From contig CATNEN010000007.1 in the NCBI GenBank assembly GCA_950097015.1, forward strand, positions 9,610,001 through 9,674,000: 64,000 nucleotides of DNA. The letters are read 5' to 3'. Origin of the DNA: Macrostomum hystrix. Its lineage: Eukaryota; Animalia; Platyhelminthes. A program made the translations under genes and the position numbers. Below the pieces are notes generated by a model. It saw nothing but the letters and a program-made list of their open reading frames with translations, searched no databases and was not told the origin of the DNA. Below, piece after piece: positions 14,403 to 27,308 of the stretch. The first letter of the stretch is position 1. Each line of letters starts with the position of its first letter.

Positions 14403-14530
14403 TGGGAGATACCAATTGCACAGCTGGGTGAACTGAAGCAATGGGAATTCACTTAAGGACACAAGCTGTTTCTCTATGGCTGAGATTCGAACTCCCGACA
14501 TCTCGATCGTAAAGCAACCTGACTAGCTAA
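14403..14530 (-). mobile_element. tRNA-derived SINE, family 2 (CORE/Meta-domain-like body)
   Basis: Minus strand has B-box GAGTTCGAATCTC, then TTGTGTCCTTAAG...TTGCTTCAGTTCACCCAGCTG. It shares CAGCTGGGTGAACTGAA with 39486-39502. The domain resemblance is from memory. Confidence 0.65.
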
Positions 14531-14590
14531 AATGAAACTTAATGAAATGAGTTTAGTCAGCACTAACTGTGACACCGCCTTGCTCCGCAG

Positions 14591-16873
14591 AAGCCTGGGA
14601 GATGACTGAGCCGCTGTCCGCTGTGGACCCGGAGATGCATGCCATCCTGCGCCGCGAGCGGGAGCGCCAGATGGGCGGCCTGGAGATGATTGCCTCTGAG
14701 AACTTCACCAGCTCGGCAGTGCAGCAGGCCCTGGCCTCCTGCATGACCAACAAGTACAGCGAGGGCCAGGTGGGCAATCGCTACTACGGCGGCAACGAGG
14801 TAGTGGACGAGATGGAGGACCTCTGCAAGCGGCGCGCCCTGCAGGTGTTCGGCCTGCGCTCCGAGGAGTGGGGCGTGAATGTGCAGGTGGGCGCGGCACC
14901 TTTATCAATCAATTTGGCTTGGCAATCTCCCTTTCATTCCTGACTCACTGTTGTAATTTAAATCTCTGAATTTCTGAATCTCCCTGCATCAATTCCGAAT
15001 CTCGCTAATATATTTTCGAATCTCCCTAATTGAATTTCGAATCTCCTTAATCAATTTCCTAATCTCTCATCGATTTCCGAACCTCCCTTATTGATTTCCG
15101 AATCCTCCATAATTGAGTTCCGAAACTCCCTAATAGATTTCCGAATCTCACTAATTGAATTTCGAATCTCCTTAATCAGTTTCCTAATCTCTCATCGATT
15201 TCCGAAACTCCCTTATTGATTTCCGAATCCTCCATAATTGAGTTCCGAAACTCCCTAATAGATTTCCGAATCTCCCTAATAGATTTCTGAATTTCACTTA
15301 TTGATTTCCGAATCTCAATAATTTTTTTCTGAATCTCCCTAATTGTTTTCTGAATCTCCCTATCTAATGATTTCGTATCTGCCTATCCGTTATCCCTGAG
15401 ATCCGCAGCCAATCGCATTGTCGCCCCAACCAACCTGTTTAGGCGCTGTCCGGCTGCCCTGCCAACTTTGCCGTGTACACCGCCCTGGTCGGGCCGCACG
15501 GCCGCATCATGGGCCTGGACCTGCCTGACGGCGGCCATCTGAGCCACGGCTTCCAGACGCCGCTCAAGAAGGTGTCAGCGACCTCGCTGTACTTCGAGTC
15601 CATGGCCTACAAGGTGAGGCTTCCGGACCTGTCAGTTTGATATATGCCACAATATCCCCCACATACTACTCACTCCCGGCCCGCTGGCAGGTGGACCCGG
15701 TCACCGGCCTCATCGACTACGACGCCCTGGCGGCCAGCGCCCGCCTGTTCCGCCCGAAGATCATCGTGGCCGGCATGAGCTGCTACTCGCAGCACCTGGA
15801 CTATGCCCGCTTCCGCCAGATCTGCGACGACTGCGGCGCCATCCTCATGGCCGACATGGCCCACGTCTCCGGCCTGGTGGCGGCTGGTGTGGTGCCTTCG
15901 CCGTTTGAGCACAGCGACATTGTCACCACCACCACTCACAAGAGCCTGCGCGGCCCGCGCTCCGCCCTCATCTTCTTCCGCAGAGGTGATTCTCAATCCA
16001 TGGTTTTCCCTGTTTTTTTTACCGAATCAAATATTATTCTCTAAACATTTCGCCATAATAGGAAATCAAAGAAATCTTTTGATTTAGCCCGGAGTGAATG
16101 TTTCTCATCCCTAAACATGACACCAGGTACCGTGATGCAGAAGGGCAAGGAGGTGCAGCTGACCTACGAGCAGCGCATCAACGAGGCCGTGTTCCCCGGA
16201 CTGCAGGGCGGCCCGCACAACAACGCCATCGCCGCGGTTGCCGTGGCCCTCAAGCAGTGCCTGACGCCAGAGTTCAAGGACTACCAGCAGCAGGTGAGGC
16301 GGCATTCTCCATCCATTTTGGCTAGGCAACTCCTGCTACTCTCACCCACTGATTGAGCCGAATTCCGCAGCCACGAACTCAAGCACGCCCACCCCCGCAT
16401 CGCAGGTGCTGCTAAACGCACAGGCTCTGGTGGCCCGCCTGCAGGAGCTCGGCTACACCGTTGTCACGGGCGGCACCGTCAACCACCTCTGCCTGGTGGA
16501 CTTCCGGCCGCAGGCTGTCGAGGGCGCCCGCGTCGAGAAGGCACTGGACCTGGTGGGCATCACCGCCAACAAGAACACCTGCCCCGGCGACCGCAGCGCC
16601 CTGCGCCCCAGCGGTCTCCGCCTGGGCACCCCGGCGCTGACCAGCCGCGGCCTGCGCGAGGCCGACATGCGCCGCGTCGCCGAATTCATCCACCGTGGCG
16701 TCCGGCTGGCCATTGACGCCGGCGCCAAGCTGCCAGCGACCGGCGCCAAGCTGGCCGACTTCGAGCGCCTCCTGCGCGACGACGCCGAGCTCGGGCCGCT
16801 GACCACCGAGCTGCGCCGAGAGGTTCACGAGTTCGCGTCCGGCTTCCCCATGCCCGGCCTGACTGAGTTCTGA
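14591..16873 (+). CDS. SHMT: Serine hydroxymethyltransferase; exons 14591-14886 (first ATG 14602), 15443-15613, 15691-15985, 16127-16293, 16406-16873; 5' end uncertain
   Basis: Motifs [50 protein letters not shown]-lysine motif [31 protein letters not shown] and [14 protein letters not shown]. All introns are GT-AG and frame-consistent. Confidence 0.98.
14960..15362. repeat. Degenerate minisatellite of about 21-22 bp in SHMT intron
   Basis: Recurrent GATTTCCGAATCTCCCTAAT-like units. Confidence 0.9.
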
Positions 16874-17957
16874 GCTGTCCGGCCCATGTTCCAGTTCCAG
16901 CACTCTTAGCTGTTGTTGCTATGACACCTGACACCTGGTTTATCGTGCAATTGCGGTTTCAGTGCTCGTTATTCATCAGAAAGTTTCGCTTTAATATTTA
17001 AATAAATCAATTTGCTAATTCAACTTTCGACCGCCAAGTGGCAGTTTTTTGCTTTTGGGGGGGACTGGGCGTTAAAAGAAACTTTGAATCAGCGAAACTC
17101 TCAGATAGACGATAGGAGCGTAGAAGCCTAAATAAGCCCTTTAAACCAGACCAATCAGCATCACTGTCTCTCTGTCTGAGACCAGCACCTCTGATTCCTT
17201 TGTCGCACCCGTCAGTGTTTTCTCATTTATTATCAATATCAGCTCATCCAACTGTTATTCTCGTGTGTTCGTTTGTGTGCCAACTGACGCCCGCTTATTT
17301 TTTAGTTAAATCCCAGAATTTTTTGTCGAGTCTGAAACAAAATATTTTAAACACTTAGACTATTTTTCTTGTTGCACCTGTTACACCTGTCATTCTTTAG
17401 CCATTTCGATTTGGAAATTTTCTTGTCGGATTCTGCTAAGTTTCCGCTGCGCCCCAGAGATTTTCCATTGGCTGGAATGAGGCAGACAGTCTATTTTTAG
17501 CTGTCAAGTCTCTCCCGGTCCACTAATTGCTCTGCTGCCCCAGAAAATCTAAGTCGGAATTTTCCAGCGCTCCGATTTTAATGCGGCCTCGCCCCACCAC
17601 CCCACCGGATTTTGGTTGGCGATAGAGTTGAATGGCTTTTCTGCTTCAACCAATTATTTAATCATGGTCCACGAGCAACACAGATAAATTACGTTATGAC
17701 AAATGACAAATGAAAAATTGTTCTTTTTCTAGCATTCATTTTTAATTTTGATAACGTTTTTGGTTGAACTCCTAAATAAATACATTTATCCCGACAGCTA
17801 GAAAAGTAGTTCTTCATAGTTTGCTTCACTAAAATATATTTAACACATTTTTGGCTAAATCAGTGCCTCTTCTGCTTTTTTGTACTTTTCTACCAGGTAA
17901 TAGTTTCTATAGGGATCTCTAAAGCCACAAGGCAATACCGAGACAGGTGAATGCCAG

Positions 17958-18359
17958 CTACCAAAGCCGGTCGTCCGCATCGTATCGAGTCTGGTTTTTC
18001 TCGCTAAAGTGCAGCTGGAACTCGGTGTCGTTTAGCACGAACACCACAAGGGTGCGGCCATTCAGGTACTCTATGGGCCGGATGTAGGACGAGATGAGCT
18101 CGGGGATCTCGATGAACTCGAACTGCTGCATGGTCTCTAGGCTCACTGTGCCGGCAGGCAGGCTGAACTTTTTGCCGTCCTTGTCGTCGTAGAAGACCAG
18201 GATCTGCTTGTTGGGCTCGATTTGGAAGCGGTGATAGATCTTGCGCTTCAGATCCACCACGACGTCCGTGGAGTACAGCACCAGGCGGCCAGACTGGATG
18301 TGCTTGGCGTAGTTGTGAGGGATGTTTAGCTCGATCACGGTCACATTTATCATCGACAT
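17958..18359 (-). CDS. Intronless 133-aa protein with probable ubiquitin-like (beta-grasp) fold
   Basis: GC3-rich ORF in AT-rich surroundings. The segment STDVVVDLKRKIYHRFQIEPNKQILVF resembles the ubiquitin pattern SDTI..VK.KI....GIPP.QQRLIF. No C-terminal di-glycine. Confidence 0.7.
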   Translation of the reverse strand: MSMINVTVIELNIPHNYAKHIQSGRLVLYSTDVVVDLKRKIYHRFQIEPNKQILVFYDDKDGKKFSLPAGTVSLETMQQFEFIEIPELISSYIRPIEYLNGRTLVVFVLNDTEFQLHFSEKNQTRYDADDRLW

Positions 18360-19276
18360 CTTGGCTCAGTGGGTATAAAAGTACTGTTTTCTGAAATTCT
18401 GAGCTGCTGTAATGTGTTCACGTGCACTATTAAAATAAAAAATAGTAAAATTTGCAGGGCTCTTAATATATTATCCAAATGAACAACTCAGGATTGTAAG
18501 TTCTATGGCATAAAGCATAAAGGATAAGGCTTATCGAATGCTTAATCTGGCGATCTTATCATATTTTAAGATAAAAACTGAATTATATAACTTAAGCGGA
18601 AATCCGATTCTAACGTAAAAAGGTTACAAAAAAGTTTACTAGTTTTAGTTGTAAAATTTTCATTTTGCAAGTTTTTAATACAGATCAGGCAAAGAGAATA
18701 AAATCGATGAAAATTACCCTAGGATTTAGGATTTTAAATTTAGGATTTGATCGTGCTTTGACAAGGATTATTATCCTAGCCATAAAGGCTTCGAAAATAT
18801 TTTCAGGTAGTTTGCAGTTTAGAGTAAAAGTATACTACAGTCAGCATCTACGTTGGCTATTATTTATTCAGCTTTGATTTTAGTTCATCACGAAATGCCG
18901 CCTTTATTGTAACAAATAAAGATAAAAATGTTGATAATTTTATAAAGACGTCGAAAAAGCCTTTTCATTCTATTGATCTTGCGCTAAACTCAGAAAATTT
19001 GTGATTTTTCTTTTTTATAAACCGACTTTTACAGGATCATGACTCACATAAATAGCTTAGAAGTAAAAGCAATTAGAAATCCTCTTTCTACGATGTTAAA
19101 CAAAAATGCGCACTATAAATATTGTTTATCTCCTAGCTCAGACTGAATGTAAGAAATTTCTAGAAATATTAGAAATTTTCACTAGCAAGTTTTGCCCCCC
19201 TTCGGGGAGCAGAAATATTTTAAATTCATCTTGTATATACTTTTTAGCAGCTGTATTTTCAGCTTTTTTAAGCTAC

Positions 19277-19475
19277 AATGATCACCCAGTTGACAATGAT
19301 CCCCCAGTTGACAATGATCCCCCAGTTGACAATGATTCCCCAGTTGATAATGATCCCCCAGTTGACAATAATCCCCAGTTGACAATGATCCCCCAGTTGA
19401 CAAAGATCCTCCAGTTAACAATGATCCCCCAGTTGATGATGATCCCCCATTTGATGATGACTCCCCAGTTGACGT
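19277..19475. repeat. 18-bp tandem array inside Helitron unit 1 (about 11 copies)
   Basis: Unit GTTGACAATGATCCCCCA. Confidence 0.96.
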
Positions 19476-19497
19476 TGATTTTTCAAACGCTGGGGAA

Positions 19498-22400
19498 GCC
19501 AAGATTCAAACTCTGGTTTAGCCATGATTCAAACTCTGGTTTAGCCATGGTTCAAACTCTGGTTTAGCCATGGTTCAAACTCTTGTTTAGCCATGATTCA
19601 AACTCTGGTTTAGCCATGATTCAAACTCTGGTTTAGCCATGATTCAGACGCTTGTTTAGCTATGATTCAAACTCTGGTGTAGCCATGATTTAGTCTCTGG
19701 TTTAGCCATGATTCAAACCCTGGTGTAGCCATGATTTAGTCTCTGGTTTAGCCATGATTCAAACTCTGGTTTTGCCATGATTGAAACTCTGGTTTAGCCA
19801 TGATTCAAACCCTGGTGTAGCCATGATTTAGTCTCTGGTTTAGCCATGATTCAAACCCTGGTGTAGCCATGATTTAGTCTCTGGTTTAGCCATGATTCAG
19901 ACGCTTGTTTAGCCATGATTCAAACTCTGGTTTAGCCATGATTCAGACGCTTGTTTAGCCATGATTGAAACTCTGGTTTAGCCATGATTCAAACCCTGGT
20001 GTAGCCATGATTTAGTCTCTGGTTTAGCCATGATTCAAACCCTGGTGTAGCCATGATTTAGTCTCTGGTTTAGCCATGATTCAGACGCTTGTTTAGCCAT
20101 GATTCAAACTCTGGTTTAGCCATGATTGAAACTCTGGTTTTGCCATGATTCAAACTCTGGTTTAGCCATGATTCAGACGCTTGTTTAGCCATGATTCAAA
20201 CTCTGGTTTAGCCATGATTCAAACTCTTGTTTAGCCATGATTAAAACTCTGGTTTTGCCATGATTCAAACCCTGGTGTAGCCATGATTTAGTCTCTGGTT
20301 TAGCCATGATTGAAACTCTGGTTTAGCCATGATTGAAACTCTGGTTTTGCCATGATTCAGACTCTGGTTTAGCCATGATCCAGACTCTGGTTTAGCCATG
20401 ATTCAGACGCTGGTTTAGCCATGATTCAAACTCTGGTTTAGCTATGAGCCATGATTCAGACTCTGGTGTAGCCATGAATCAGACTCTGGTTTAGCCATGA
20501 TTCAAACTCTGTTTTAGCTATGATTCAAACTCTGGTTTAGCCATGATTCAGACTCTGGTTTAGCTATGAGCCATGATTCAGACTCTGGTGTAGCAATGAT
20601 TCAGACTCTGGTTTAGCCATGATTCAGACTCTGGTTTAGCTATGATTCAAACTCTGGTTTAGCCATGATTCAGACTCTGGTGTAGCCATGATTCAGACTC
20701 TGGTGTAGCCATGATTCAGACTCTGGTTTAGCCATGATTCAGACTCTGGTTTAGCCATGATTCAGACTCTGGTTTAGCCATGATTCAGACTCTGGTTTAG
20801 CCATGATTCAGACTCTGGTTTAGCTATGATTCAAACTCTGGTTTTGCCATGATTCAGACTCTGGTTTAGCCATGATTCAGACTCTGGTTTAGCTATGAGC
20901 CATGATTCAGACTCTGGTGTAGCAATGATTCAGACTCTGGTTTAGCCATGATTCAGACTCTGGTTTAGCTATGATTCAAACTCTGGTTTAGCCATGATTC
21001 AGACTCTGGTTTAGCCATGATTCAGACGCTTGTTTAGCCATGATTCAAACTCTGGTTTAGCCATGATTCAAACTCTTGTTTAGCCATGATTAAAACTCTG
21101 GTTTTGCCATGATTCAAACCCTGGTGTAGCCATGATTTAGTCTCTGGTTTAGCCATGATTGAAACTCTGGTTTTGCCATGATTCAGACGCTTGTTTAGCT
21201 TTGATTTAAACTCTGGTTTAGCCATGATTCAGACTCTGGTGTAGCCATGATTCAGACTCTGGTTTAGCCATGATTCAGACTCTGGTTTAGCTATGAGCCA
21301 TGATTCAGACTCTGGTGTAGCAATGATTCAGACTCTGGTTTAGTCATGATTCAGACTCTGGTGTAGCCATGATTCAGACTTTGGTTTAGCCATGATTCAG
21401 ACTCTGGTTTAGCCATGATTCAGACTTTGGTTTAGCCATGATTCAGACTCTGGTGTAGCTATGATTCAAACTCTGGTTTAGCCATGATTCAGACTCTGGT
21501 GTAGCCATGATTCAGACTCTGGTGTAGCAATGATTCAGACTTTGGTTTAGCCATGATTCAGACTCTGGTGTAGCCATGATTCAGACTCTGGTTTAGCCAT
21601 GATTCAGACTCTGGTTTAGCCATGATTCAGACTCTGGTTTAGCCATGATTCAGACTCTGGTTTAGCCATGATTCAGACTCTGGTTTAGCCATGATTCAGA
21701 CTCTGGTTTAGCTATGATTCAAACTCTGGTTTTGCCATGATTCAGACGCTTGTTTAGCTTTGATTTAAACTCTGGTTTTGCCATGATTCAGACTCTGGTG
21801 TAGCCATGATTCAGACTCTGGTTTAGCCATGATTCAGACTCTGGTTTAGCTATGAGCCATGATTCAGACTCTGGTGTAGCAATGATTCAGACTCTGGTTT
21901 AGTCATGATTCAGACTCTGGTTTAGCTATGATTCAAACTCTGGTTTAGCCATGATTCAGACTCTGGTGTAGCCATGATTCAGACTCTGGTGTAGCCATGA
22001 TTCAGACTCTGGTGTAGCCATGATTCAGACTCTGGTGTAGCCATGATTCAGACTCTGGTTTAGCCATGATTCAGACTCTGGTTTAGCCATAATTCAGACT
22101 CTGGTTTAGCCATGATTCAGACTCTGGTTTAGCCATGATCCAGACTCTGGTTTAGCCATGATTCAGACTCTGGTTTAGCCATGATTCAGACTCTGGTTTA
22201 GCCATGATTCAGACTCTGGTTTAGCCATGATTCAGACTCTGGTTTAGCCATGATTCAGACTCTGGTTTAGCCATGATTCAGACTCTGGTTTAGCCATGAT
22301 TCAGACTCTGGTTTAGCTATGATTCAAACTCTGGTTTAGCCATGATTCAGACTCTGGTTTAGCCATGATTCAGACGCTTGTTTAGCCATGATTCAAACTC

Positions 22401-25400
22401 TGGTTTAGCCATGATTCAAACTCTTGTTTAGCCATGATTAAAACTCTGGTTTTGCCATGATTCAAACCCTGGTGTAGCCATGATTTAGTCTCTGGTTTAG
22501 CCATGATTGAAACTCTGGTTTTGCCATGATTCAGACGCTTGTTTAGCTTTGATTTAAACTCTGGTTTAGCCATGATTCAGACTCTGGTGTAGCCATGATT
22601 CAGACTCTGGTTTAGCCTTGATTCAGACTCTGGTTTAGCTATGAGCCATGATTCAGACTCTGGTGTAGCAATGATTCAGACTTTGGTTTAGCCATGATTC
22701 AGACTCTGGTGTAGCCATGATTCAGACTCTGGTTTAGCCATGATTCAGACTCTGGTTTAGCCATGATTCAGACTCTGGTTTAGCCATGATTCAGACTCTG
22801 GTTTAGCCATGATTCAAACTCTGGTTTCGCCATGATTCAGACTCTGGTTTAGCTATGATTCAAACTCTGGTTTTGCCATGATTCAGACGCTTGTTTAGCT
22901 TTGATTTAAACTCTGGTTTAGCCATGATTCAGACTCTGGTGTAGCCATGATTCAGACTCTGGTTTAGCCATGATTCAGACTCTGGTTTAGCTATGAGCCA
23001 TGATTCAGACTCTGGTGTAGCAATGATTCAGACTCTGGTTTAGTCATGATTCAGACTCTGGTTTAGCTATGATTCAAACTCTGGTTTAGCCATGATTCAG
23101 ACTCTGGTGTAGCCATGATTCAGACTCTGGTGTAGCCATGATTCAGACTCTGGTGTAGCCATGATTCAGACTCTGGTGTAGCCATGATTCAGACTCTGGT
23201 TTAGCCATGATTCAGACTCTGGTTTAGCCATAATTCAGACTCTGGTTTAGCCATGATTCAGACTCTGGTTTAGCCATGATCCAGACTCTGGTTTAGCCAT
23301 GATTCAGACTCTGGTTTAGCCATGATTCAGACTCTGGTTTAGCCATGATTCAGACTCTGGTTTAGCCATGATTCAGACTCTGGTTTAGCCATGATTCAGA
23401 CTCTGGTGTAGCCATGATTCAGACTCTGGTTTAGCCATGATTCAGACTCTGGTTTAGCTATGATTCAAACTCTGGTTTAGCCATGATTCAGACTCTGGTT
23501 TAGCCATGATTCAGACGCTTGTTTAGCCATGATTCAAACTCTGGTTTAGCCATGATTCAAACTCTTGTTTAGCCATGATTAAAACTCTGGTTTTGCCATG
23601 ATTCAAACCCTGGTGTAGCCATGATTTAGTCTCTGGTTTAGCTATGATTCAAACTCTGGTTTTGCCATGATTCAGACGCTTGTTTAGCTTTGATTTAAAC
23701 TCTGGTTTAGCCATGATTCAGACTCTGGTGTAGCCATGATTCAGACTCTGGTTTAGCCATGATTCAGACTCTGGTTTAGCTATGAGCCATGATTCAGACT
23801 CTGGTGTAGCAATGATTCAGACTCTGGTTTAGCCATGATTCAGACTCTGGTTTAGCTATGATTCAAACTCTGGTTTAGCCATGATTCAGACTCTGTTGTA
23901 GCCATGATTCAGACTCTGGTGTAGCCATGATTCAGACTCTGGTGTAGCCATGATTCAGACTCTGGTGTAGCCATGATTCAGACTCTGGTTTAGCCATGAT
24001 TCAGACTCTGGTTTAGCCATGATTCAGACTCTGGTTTAGCCATGATTCAGACGCTGGTTTAGCCATGATCCAGACTCTGGTTTAGCCATGATTCAGACTC
24101 TGGTTTTGCCATGATTCAGACGCTTGTTTAGCTTTGATTTAAACTCTGGTTTTGCCATGATTCAGACTCTGGTGTAGCCATGATTCAGACTCTGGTTTAG
24201 CCATGATTCAGACTCTGGTTTAGCTATGAGCCATGATTCAGACTCTGGTGTAGCAATGATTCAGACTCTGGTTTAGTCATGATTCAGACTCTGGTTTAGC
24301 TATGATTCAAACTCTGGTTTAGCCATGATTCAGACTCTGGTGTAGCCATGATTCAGACTCTGGTGTAGCCATGATTCAGACTCTGGTGTAGCCATGATTC
24401 AGACTCTGGTGTAGCCATGATTCAGACTCTGGTTTAGCCATGATTCAGACTCTGGTTTAGCCATAATTCAGACTCTGGTTTAGCCATGATTCAGACTCTG
24501 GTTTAGCCATGATCCAGACTCTGGTTTAGCCATGATTCAGACTCTGGTTTAGCCATGATTCAGACTCTGGTTTAGCCATGATTCAGACTCTGGTTTAGCC
24601 ATGATTCAGACTCTGGTTTAGCCATGATTCAGACTCTGGTTTAGCCATGATTCAGACTCTGGTTTAGCCATGATTCAGACTCTGGTTTAGCTATGATTCA
24701 AACTCTGGTTTAGCCATGATTCAGACTCTGGTTTAGCCATGATTCAGACGCTTGTTTAGCCATGATTCAAACTCTGGTTTAGCCATGATTCAAACTCTTG
24801 TTTAGCCATGATTAAAACTCTGGTTTTGCCATGATTCAAACCCTGGTGTAGCCATGATTTAGTCTCTGGTTTAGCCATGATTGAAACTCTGGTTTTGCCA
24901 TGATTCAGACGCTTGTTTAGCTTTGATTTAAACTCTGGTTTAGCCATGATTCAGACTCTGGTGTAGCCATGATTCAGACTCTGGTTTAGCCTTGATTCAG
25001 ACTCTGGTTTAGCTATGAGCCATGATTCAGACTCTGGTGTAGCAATGATTCAGACTTTGGTTTAGCCATGATTCAGACTCTGGTGTAGCCATGATTCAGA
25101 CTCTGGTTTAGCCATGATTCAGACTCTGGTTTAGCCATGATTCAGACTCTGGTTTAGCCATGATTCAGACTCTGGTTTAGCCATGATTCAAACTCTGGTT
25201 TCGCCATGATTCAGACTCTGGTTTAGCTATGATTCAAACTCTGGTTTTGCCATGATTCAGACGCTTGTTTAGCTTTGATTTAAACTCTGGTTTAGCCATG
25301 ATTCAGACTCTGGTGTAGCCATGATTCAGACTCTGGTTTAGCCATGATTCAGACTCTGGTTTAGCTATGAGCCATGATTCAGACTCTGGTGTAGCAATGA

Positions 25401-26622
25401 TTCAGACTCTGGTTTAGTCATGATTCAGACTCTGGTTTAGCTATGATTCAAACTCTGGTTTAGCCATGATTCAGACTCTGGTGTAGCCATGATTCAGACT
25501 CTGGTGTAGCCATGATTCAGACTCTGGTGTAGCCATGATTCAGACTCTGGTGTAGCCATGATTCAGACTCTGGTTTAGCCATGATTCAGACTCTGGTTTA
25601 GCCATAATTCAGACTCTGGTTTAGCCATGATTCAGACTCTGGTTTAGCCATGATCCAGACTCTGGTTTAGCCATGATTCAGACTCTGGTTTAGCCATGAT
25701 TCAGACTCTGGTTTAGCCATGATTCAGACTCTGGTTTAGCCATGATTCAGACTCTGGTTTAGCCATGATTCAGACTCTGGTTTAGCCATGATTCAGACTC
25801 TGGTTTAGCTATGATTCAAACTCTGGTTTAGCCATGATTCAGACTCTGGTTTAGCCATGATTCAGACGCTTGTTTAGCCATGATTCAAACTCTGGTTTAG
25901 CCATGATTCAAACTCTTGTTTAGCCATGATTAAAACTCTGGTTTTGCCATGATTCAAACCCTGGTGTAGCCATGATTTAGTCTCTGGTTTAGCTATGATT
26001 CAAACTCTGGTTTTGCCATGATTCAGACGCTTGTTTAGCTTTGATTTAAACTCTGGTTTAGCCATGATTCAGACTCTGGTGTAGCCATGATTCAGACTCT
26101 GGTTTAGCCATGATTCAGACTCTGGTTTAGCTATGAGCCATGATTCAGACTCTGGTGTAGCAATGATTCAGACTCTGGTTTAGCCATGATTCAGACTCTG
26201 GTTTAGCTATGATTCAAACTCTGGTTTAGCCATGATTCAGACTCTGTTGTAGCCATGATTCAGACTCTGGTGTAGCCATGATTCAGACTCTGGTGTAGCC
26301 ATGATTCAGACTCTGGTGTAGCCATGATTCAGACTCTGGTTTAGCCATGATTCAGACTCTGGTTTAGCCATGATTCAGACTCTGGTTTAGCCATGATTCA
26401 GACGCTGGTTTAGCCATGATCCAGACTCTGGTTTAGCCATGATTCAGACTCTGGTTTAGCCATGATTCAGACTCTGGTTTAGCCATGATTCAGACTCTGG
26501 TTTAGCCATGATTCAGACTCTGGTTTAGCCATGATTCAGACTCTGGTTTAGCCATGATTCAGACTCTGGTTTAGCCATGATTCAGACTCTGGTTTAGCCA
26601 TGATTCAAACTCTGTTTTAGCC
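19498..26622. repeat. 23-bp satellite array inside Helitron unit 1 (about 7.1 kb) with higher-order structure
   Basis: Unit GCCATGATTCAGACTCTGGTTTA. Rare variants recur at 2374-bp spacing. Confidence 0.99.
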
Positions 26623-27308
26623 GGTGTGCTATGATTTATGATATTTTATTTACGAAATGAAAAAAATAAATTAAAATAGTCTTCAATCACTACTGGCTGA
26701 AAATTAGTCTAAATGATTTGACGCAGTGCAGAATCGAACCCTAGCCTAGCCTAACCTTATTCCTAGTGCCTACACATCGGCTATTCCGACTGTTGGTTAG
26801 TGGGTGCAAAAATCAGCCTTATAAAATGAATTCTCAAAGTTCTGGCTTTGTACAATGAAGTAAGAAAATAGAGTACACTCAGTCTCGCGGTTGGTTGTGT
26901 ACATTTATTTCCAATTTGTCTCCAGAGTGCAGGCTTCAAATTCAATCAGCTAGGGGTTGTTGCGCAATTTGACGATGCAATTCTAATTCAGTGGCAGTGA
27001 GTAAAATTCTCAATAGGCCAAGATGTTTGACCTTTGAAAAATCTTGTTTTTCGAATATTTAATCCCTTTAGCAATAAAGTTAAGCTTAATAAAAATACGT
27101 GTATAATTGTCCCCATATTTGGCATCTTTTGGTGAAGAAATGGTGAAAATCGGTTGAGCCGTTCGGGAGAAAATCAATTACAACCAACCAACCATTTCAT
27201 TTTTAGTATAGTGGACTAGCAAGTTTTGCCCCCCTTCGGGGAGCAGAAATACTTTTAATTCGTCTAGTATATACTTTTTAGCAGCTGAATTTACAGCTTT
27301 TTAAAGCT

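Larger units (their letters stand above)
19182..27215 (-). mobile_element. Non-autonomous Helitron, family A, unit 1 (8.0 kb, satellite-filled)
   Basis: Minus strand begins TCCACTATACTAAAAATG (27215) and ends with hairpin GCTCCCC-GAA-GGGGGGC (19210-19194), an 8-nt spacer and CTAG (19185-19182), followed by T. No Rep/helicase ORF. Confidence 0.85.

Noticed and set aside
16111-16934. Antisense ORFs over SHMT (likewise over REP, GSTCD, Mnx and PCGF exons)
   Set aside because: Shadow ORFs caused by high GC3 on the coding strand.
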